A DNA stretch of 64,000 nucleotides, counting the filler. It is 9 parts of 9 records of this genome, joined end to end, with 100 filler letters (N's around TTAATTAATTAA, not from the genome) between each part and the next. Parts side by side here need not be neighbours in the genome. Positions count along the whole stretch, not along the records: positions 58,777 to 64,000 come from SRR31147125_55172; 8 more parts are not named here. The stretch is one strand, 5' to 3'. A program made the translations under genes and the position numbers. The notes below the pieces were generated by a model. That model was not told the DNA's origin and made no database searches. It saw only the letters and a list, made by a program, of their open reading frames with translations. Shown in pieces: positions 58,777 to 64,000 of this stretch (position 1 is the stretch's first letter; each line of letters starts with the position of its first letter).

Positions 58777-58971
58777 GTAAAAATGGTAGGTTCCTTTTTC
58801 GAATTTTATTTCTGAAATGCCTTCTTCTTCAACTGCTAATATTTTAGTAAGAACTGCAAGCGTTGCATCGTCAGCAATATTATTTTTAAAATGAACTGTT
58901 TTTGCTTCTACCAGAGAAAAAGTAAAAAGGAGAAAGGCAAAAGATAAAAGGATATTTCGTAATGTCTTCAT
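58777..58971 (-). CDS. secreted beta-helix glycosidase N-terminus, probably GH110 alpha-1,3-galactosidase (3'-partial)
   Basis: signal peptide; DAT..V, I.FEKGTYHFY; context next to lambda-carrageenase. Confidence 0.55.
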
Positions 58972-59067
58972 TCAGTAATTTATTTGTGTGTTCTTCGTGT
59001 CTTGGTGACTTAGTGACGAAAAGGAATAAGCCACAAAAACGCTAAAACTCAAAGTTTCACTAGGTTC

Positions 59068-60207
59068 TTATTTTTCTTTTCGTATTATTTTGTTCATGTG
59101 TTTGTCAAAGGCTAAGCCATTAAAAGGAACCACAACAATTTTACTGGCGTGATTATCATTTGCAAGGTCTTTTCCTTTGTGAACATCAAGTACCGAAAAT
59201 ATAAAATGCGTAACATGACCATTTTCAACATAGGCAGTTAGTCGTTCAACAAATTCCCACTGATTTACCGTTCCATCGGTATACCTGAATATTTTCGATT
59301 CGCCCTTTTTAAAGGCAATGCCGCGGTAAGTCCAATCGGTAATTCCATTTTCGGAAGTAAAATGATGCGATGTTTTCGATGGCCAGTGATTATAAACAAT
59401 GTGGTAACGTCCGCCGCTGTACCAAACTGTTGGGTCCTCGTTTTTTATTTGTGGAAGTTCGGGATGGTTTTTATAAACGCGGTCGTGAACTATTTTGTAA
59501 GGACCGAGAATACCATTATCGCTTACCATAATACAGGCCGAGCGGGGAACAATCATATACCGACCATCGTGGCGAAGAATAATGCGAACATTTGACATGT
59601 GCCCCACATGACCGGCTTTGGTTGCGCCCTCATTATCTGGCTGATAAAATGCCAATTCTGGTTCATATCCATTTAAATCCACCTCTATCTCTCCCAGCAA
59701 CTCAAACGGGCCTGCAGCTTTATCCGACACAAAAACTTCGCCCTGCGTGATTTCGCTGGTAACCACAGCAAAACGGACATCGTGCATTTCTAATCCCATC
59801 GGATTCGATGCTTTTCCGCCTTTCCAATCGGGCCACAACAGGCCTTTATCTTCGTACGGCCCCATAATATTGTCACTTACAGCCAACACTCCTTTCGAGT
59901 CGAATTTCCAACCTTTACCATGTGGAAAGCTTTGACTCCAACGGCTGGCATGAATATAAAATTTGTCGTCGTTTCCCTTTACAATTTTGCCGTCCCAATA
60001 ACACCAGTTTTTTAACGTGGCATCTTCCAGACCGTTTGCAGTATCCCGTGGCAAGGCATTTTCAGCTCCCCAAATTCCCTCGGAAACGAGCGGTGATTGT
60101 GGTTCCATTGGGAGGAAAAAATCTACTAATGTTTTTTGCTGGGCGTTTGTTTGGGATGAAATTACTCCAACAAAAAATAAGCTTAATAATATTTTCATCA
60201 AATTCAT
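59068..60207 (-). CDS. secreted GH43/117/130-like propeller glycoside hydrolase
   Basis: signal peptide; WCYWDG, ASRW, SNP, EDPTVW, ER.T. Confidence 0.75.
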   Translation of the reverse strand: MNLMKILLSLFFVGVISSQTNAQQKTLVDFFLPMEPQSPLVSEGIWGAENALPRDTANGLEDATLKNWCYWDGKIVKGNDDKFYIHASRWSQSFPHGKGWKFDSKGVLAVSDNIMGPYEDKGLLWPDWKGGKASNPMGLEMHDVRFAVVTSEITQGEVFVSDKAAGPFELLGEIEVDLNGYEPELAFYQPDNEGATKAGHVGHMSNVRIILRHDGRYMIVPRSACIMVSDNGILGPYKIVHDRVYKNHPELPQIKNEDPTVWYSGGRYHIVYNHWPSKTSHHFTSENGITDWTYRGIAFKKGESKIFRYTDGTVNQWEFVERLTAYVENGHVTHFIFSVLDVHKGKDLANDNHASKIVVVPFNGLAFDKHMNKIIRKEK

Positions 60208-60237
60208 GTTTATTCAAGTTCTCTTACTGTTTAATTT

Positions 60238-60300
60238 TTCACACCACCTCGCCGTTACTTCGCTCCGGCACTCCTCCTCTTCTTCGAAAAGGAGGAGAAA
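60238..60300 (-). repeat. REP-like element homologous to 21744-21807
   Basis: reverse complement TTTCTCCTCCTTTTCGAAGAAGAGGAGGAG..GAGGTGGTGTGAA. Confidence 0.7.
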
Positions 60301-60320
60301 CGTTCTAACCAAGTCTTTCT

Positions 60321-63119
60321 TTAGTTTAATGGTTCGTCAATTTCAATATCAATAAATCGGAACATTCCGCAAGGGATTTTAACTGTGGTCGTTTTATCCG
60401 AGATATCAAATTCTTCCTTATTCAGAATATCATGCATTTTTACCGGTGTAACTGTATTGAATGTAACTGTTGCTGTGCGCTCGTTTGGATTAATGTAGCC
60501 ACCGTCGATAATTGTCAAACGTAAATGTGTAGGCGAGGTTTGCGAAACCACCCACGCCACATCGTCACCCGAAACGGTTACCGGAATTAACTTGCTGCTT
60601 TCTTCCAGTTCATTTTGAACAGTTTTGTAGTATTCTTCTGCTGCATATTTTTGTTTGCCATCTGCCGAAAAATAATCGCGTCCATCGGTATAAAATTCTT
60701 TCATACTATTTTTGTAGATGGGATTCAGGTGCTCGGTTAATTTACCGCGTGGAGGATTTTTATCCGCATTAACTCCGTTTTGTGGTGGCGTTAACAGAAC
60801 CATTCCGTTTTTGTATGGTGCAAGAAAATTCAAATGTCGGTCGTTAACTCCGGCTGCATATTTCGAAAAATCCCAGTTGGTAACCGGTGCACCGGGCCAC
60901 GAGCCGCTTAAACGACTAAAAACAAATTGGTTGTTCTTTTCAAACTCTTCGTTGTAAAAGGTTGTCCATTTTACATTGCTGCTACGGTTTAGAAAATGCT
61001 CGTCGGGATGTACAATGCTCATGTGAACGGGAGAAAAACTAACAATTTCGTTGCGCTCGGGCACATACAAAGCACCTTTGGCAATCAGTTCCCAAAGCAA
61101 GCTCATATATTCCTGGTCAACCGTAAAATTATCGAGATACTGGGTGCCGTACGACACATGAAAAATCATATTCCGCAAAAAATGGTTGGGCAACATTTGG
61201 TGGGAGTGCTGGCGCAAACGGTCGAAACTCGGATTATCGCGGGCACAGCGCGAGCCCCAACTATCAACCGCGCCGCTTGCCCAAACGCCCAATCGTGCAG
61301 CCACACTTAACTCCATCGATTTGTCGGTGGTTTCTTCCATGGCAGGAATAAATACATCGGAATATTCGCCCGACATCAACCTTTCCCACATGGGTAAATG
61401 AATGGTGGAATACCAGAAATTATGCTTTGTGCGTACGTAAAACATTGCGTTTGTTTTCCGGCAATGCTCAGCCAGCGGGTAAACGTAATCGTTTAATACA
61501 TACTTGAAATTCTCTGAATGGTCTTCCAACTCCGGGAAAATCAGAACCGTTTTTTTACCATTGGCATTATCTAAAATACTTTCAAGCGTTTTTCGCTGAA
61601 ACATGTACGGGTCGTTTCCATGTCCACCCCAAAATGCAAGCCCGGGCGCATCGCCGTATTTCGACGAAAAATGTTCAACTACCTCCTTGCTGGTTAAATT
61701 ATAGGTGCGACGGGTATCGCGACGATTTCGGTAGCGCTCGTTTTTAATATACGAACGGTCGTATTTCTCGGCACCTCGTATTCCAGCGCCGTCTAAAAAT
61801 ACAGGACTTGAATAATTGTTTTTAATATCGTTTACCAATGACTCTACGGATTTTGGCACACTTTCCGACATCAGGAAAACCTTGCGCGGCTCTTTTTCCC
61901 ACTCAGGAGCTTTATAATGTTGCAGGTTGTGGCGTAATATTTCGGTATTTGAAAGTATTTTTTCAACCTTTCCTTTCGGAACAAAATTCTCGTATTCCTT
62001 TTTCCAATCCGTGTTTTTTAAATCGATTACATGCACACAACTCCCGCCACTTTGAATACTTGCCAAAACGATTTCACTATTTTCCTTATCGTACCACATA
62101 TCGTTAAACGAAAAGCTGTTGGCAAGTATTTCGGTATCATCAGCTGCCAGACTTAGTGGCGCCAAAAGAATACGTGCTCCATACAGAATAAAATATTTCT
62201 TTTCGCCATTCACCTGTATAATTTCGGGCTGAACAACGCGGTAACCGAAAGCATCAATTTTATCTTCCCACTGCTTCATGGCAAACGTGGTTTGTTCTTC
62301 ATTTTTCACGTTCACATTTAACATTAAAGCCTGATGAATCATGGTGCTTGTTCCCATTAAAATCTCATCGTTTCCGTCGTCATCGGTATCGCCGCAACGC
62401 AATTCTCCCAACGGTCGCCCATCAACTAAATCAATCGTTTTAAAAGGTAGTTCTTCCAAAGGATTAAATAAATAAGCCGACCCACGCGCCCAGATTGCCA
62501 TGCTATGAACTACGCCATGTACCACAAGCGTTTCCGAGCCATCGGCATTTTTAATGGGGCGAACAAAATTGGCTAAATGACAGGTGCTGTCGGGGATGGC
62601 CTTGGAATAAGGCAGAACCGGGTTTTCGTTGGAATAATTGTACGAAGATATTTCTTTAACCTCTTTGCCTTTGTTATTCAGGTAATAAATGTTTTTATCG
62701 TAACTGCTGCAAACGGGATAGGCTTTTTTTCCATCGCGAATGGTGCAAACCGAATACATTGGCGCACTGTTCTTTTTAAATTCCCACAATAAGTTTCCTT
62801 CAGAATTGAGACAATATAAATTGCCATCGGCGTTGGCAGCGAAGATTTCATCAACACCATCGGCGTCAATATCGCCACACCATAAATCGTGGTTCATAAA
62901 ACCTGAAAGCGGATTCTCCCAAAGCGTTTTTCCTTCGTAACTTACAGCAATAATGGTTCCTTCGTAGCTACTTCCAACAATTATGGTTTCGTTGTTTATT
63001 TTTGCGGTTCGAACTTTTGAAACAGTGAAATCGGTTTCGAAACTTTGAAATGCTTCTTGCGCAAAAATAATTTGCGTAGTCAAAAACAATCCGACAAGTA
63101 GCAAGATTTTATTAGCCAT
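60321..63119 (-). CDS. cglA: lambda-carrageenase (GH150)
   Basis: SYEGT, LSGFMNHD, AANADGN, FGYRV, GHGNDPYM, PAMEETTDKSME, ARDNPSFDRLRQHSHQM and NVKWTTFY match the recalled Pseudoalteromonas CglA; likely start MANKILL at 63119. Confidence 0.9.
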   Translation of the reverse strand: MANKILLLVGLFLTTQIIFAQEAFQSFETDFTVSKVRTAKINNETIIVGSSYEGTIIAVSYEGKTLWENPLSGFMNHDLWCGDIDADGVDEIFAANADGNLYCLNSEGNLLWEFKKNSAPMYSVCTIRDGKKAYPVCSSYDKNIYYLNNKGKEVKEISSYNYSNENPVLPYSKAIPDSTCHLANFVRPIKNADGSETLVVHGVVHSMAIWARGSAYLFNPLEELPFKTIDLVDGRPLGELRCGDTDDDGNDEILMGTSTMIHQALMLNVNVKNEEQTTFAMKQWEDKIDAFGYRVVQPEIIQVNGEKKYFILYGARILLAPLSLAADDTEILANSFSFNDMWYDKENSEIVLASIQSGGSCVHVIDLKNTDWKKEYENFVPKGKVEKILSNTEILRHNLQHYKAPEWEKEPRKVFLMSESVPKSVESLVNDIKNNYSSPVFLDGAGIRGAEKYDRSYIKNERYRNRRDTRRTYNLTSKEVVEHFSSKYGDAPGLAFWGGHGNDPYMFQRKTLESILDNANGKKTVLIFPELEDHSENFKYVLNDYVYPLAEHCRKTNAMFYVRTKHNFWYSTIHLPMWERLMSGEYSDVFIPAMEETTDKSMELSVAARLGVWASGAVDSWGSRCARDNPSFDRLRQHSHQMLPNHFLRNMIFHVSYGTQYLDNFTVDQEYMSLLWELIAKGALYVPERNEIVSFSPVHMSIVHPDEHFLNRSSNVKWTTFYNEEFEKNNQFVFSRLSGSWPGAPVTNWDFSKYAAGVNDRHLNFLAPYKNGMVLLTPPQNGVNADKNPPRGKLTEHLNPIYKNSMKEFYTDGRDYFSADGKQKYAAEEYYKTVQNELEESSKLIPVTVSGDDVAWVVSQTSPTHLRLTIIDGGYINPNERTATVTFNTVTPVKMHDILNKEEFDISDKTTTVKIPCGMFRFIDIEIDEPLN

Positions 63120-63235
63120 TGGTTTTGGTTCTATATTCACTGCTAAATACGCGAATCGAAACCAACCATTCGTGTTTATGGGTAAGTATGATGTATCTGT
63201 GGGTACACGGTTCATGGAGTTAACGTCCGTATTTT

Positions 63236-63275
63236 AAAAAAACTGACAGGTTTAAAAGACGTTGTCAGTTTTTTT
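63236..63275. terminator. hairpin with A/T tails between GH2 and cglA
   Basis: AAAAAAACTGACA/TGTCAGTTTTTTT. Confidence 0.5.
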
Positions 63276-63291
63276 GCGATACTGATTTAAT

Positions 63292-63433
63292 ATCACTGGT
63301 GTCCGGCAAAAAAAGAAGATTACTTCGCTTCGCTTGTAATGACGGCAGTTTGGTGTTTTTGATTTTAGAGGGGCTTGGCTGGCATCGCGAAGCAATCTTT
63401 TCTTCATTCACAGTTTTACCGGACAATACTGAT
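63292..63433. mobile_element. possible MITE/REP composite
   Basis: ATCACTGGTGTCCGGCAAAA ... TTTTACCGGACAATACTGAT (16/20 inverted match); inner AGATTACTTCGC/GCGAAGCAATCT arms. Confidence 0.45.
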
Positions 63434-63553
63434 TTAACACAAATAAAAACATAACATTTTGCGATTTGAATTGATTTTCATTCTACTTCTCAATTCGTAT
63501 CAAGTGGATAAAACAGTAGTAATCACACCTGATAATTACTACGAGCACCTGAG

Positions 63554-64000
63554 TTAATCAACAAAAACCCTCAATTTCTCCGAAACAATTTTCCCATCCC
63601 TATCTTTAGCCGTAATAACAATTTCCGAAGCCTTTTTTGTTGCCTGAACCGCCAATAAACATTTTCCAAATTCCGTTTGAACCGTGTGGTTTTTAAAATT
63701 TGCTATTTTAGTTGAGTTGCCACAGTCTGTTCCTAAAAAACGATGCTCGCCACTAATTTCGAAAGTAATGTCAGCATCCACATTTTTAACTTCGCGACCT
63801 TTTTTATCAATCAATTGAGCTACCACATGAACCACATCAGTATTGTTGGCTGTCATTGTTTTTCGGTCGGGAGTTAAACGAATTGCGTAAGCCGCATCCA
63901 CAGTTTCCAATTCTGTATTTATTTTCTGTTTGTCCTTTTTCCCTTTGGCTACCAACTTTCCATTTTTATAATCAACCGCCCATTTGTAAATGCGGTCATC
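63554..64000 (-). CDS. GH2 beta-galactosidase-type C-terminal Ig domains (5'-partial)
   Basis: W.V.Y..G.L.A.G, I.L.PDR..M.A...DVVHV, GTD.G, FGKCL..VQA. Confidence 0.8.
   Translation of the reverse strand, partial: DDRIYKWAVDYKNGKLVAKGKKDKQKINTELETVDAAYAIRLTPDRKTMTANNTDVVHVVAQLIDKKGREVKNVDADITFEISGEHRFLGTDCGNSTKIANFKNHTVQTEFGKCLLAVQATKKASEIVITAKDRDGKIVSEKLRVFVD

Noticed and set aside
63120-63215. 32-aa N-terminal extension of the lambda-carrageenase ORF
   Set aside because: The signal peptide begins at Met33 (63119).

Overview
This window is not one locus. It is nine unrelated contig fragments joined by 100-bp N..TTAATTAATTAA..N linkers, and gene content suggests an anoxic marine or sediment metagenome. 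(1) 1-5345, spirochaete-like: dprA-xerC-hslV-hslU run directly into flhF and a degenerate flhG. (2) 5446-11333: glycyl-radical hydroxyproline dehydratase hypD with its activase, a lipoprotein, a double-wHTH GntR and a Zn-dehydrogenase. (3) 11434-19580: a membrane protein with a Cys-rich NPC-repeat loop next to an exported formylglycine-generating-enzyme (FGE) homologue, then a PLP enzyme and argG-argH. (4) 19681-27394: Bacteroidetes-type carbohydrate genes. (5) 27495-35805, Desulfobacterota-like: SprA-family, YcaO-TPR, hisB, dnaG, rpoD and tRNA(CAT). (6) 35906-42546: an SH3b/beta-barrel gene coupled to a 1122-aa secreted protein. (7) 42647-49658, spirochaete-like: BMP-type ABC transporter with a GntR. 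(8) 49759-58676: copA and an anaerobic nicotinate-degradation cluster (ena, hnr, ApbE-like, ndhFSLM). (9) 58777-64000: a lambda-carrageenan locus (GH2, GH150, GH43-like, GH110). Several genes carry single-base homopolymer frameshifts that are most likely sequencing errors. The best candidates for undescribed biology are the NPC-repeat/FGE pair, the flhF-flhG pair without flagellar genes, the barrel plus cargo pair, the Hnr/ApbE-like flavinylation link and an internal start inside copA. All family calls come from motif recognition and recalled reference sequences; no database search was run.
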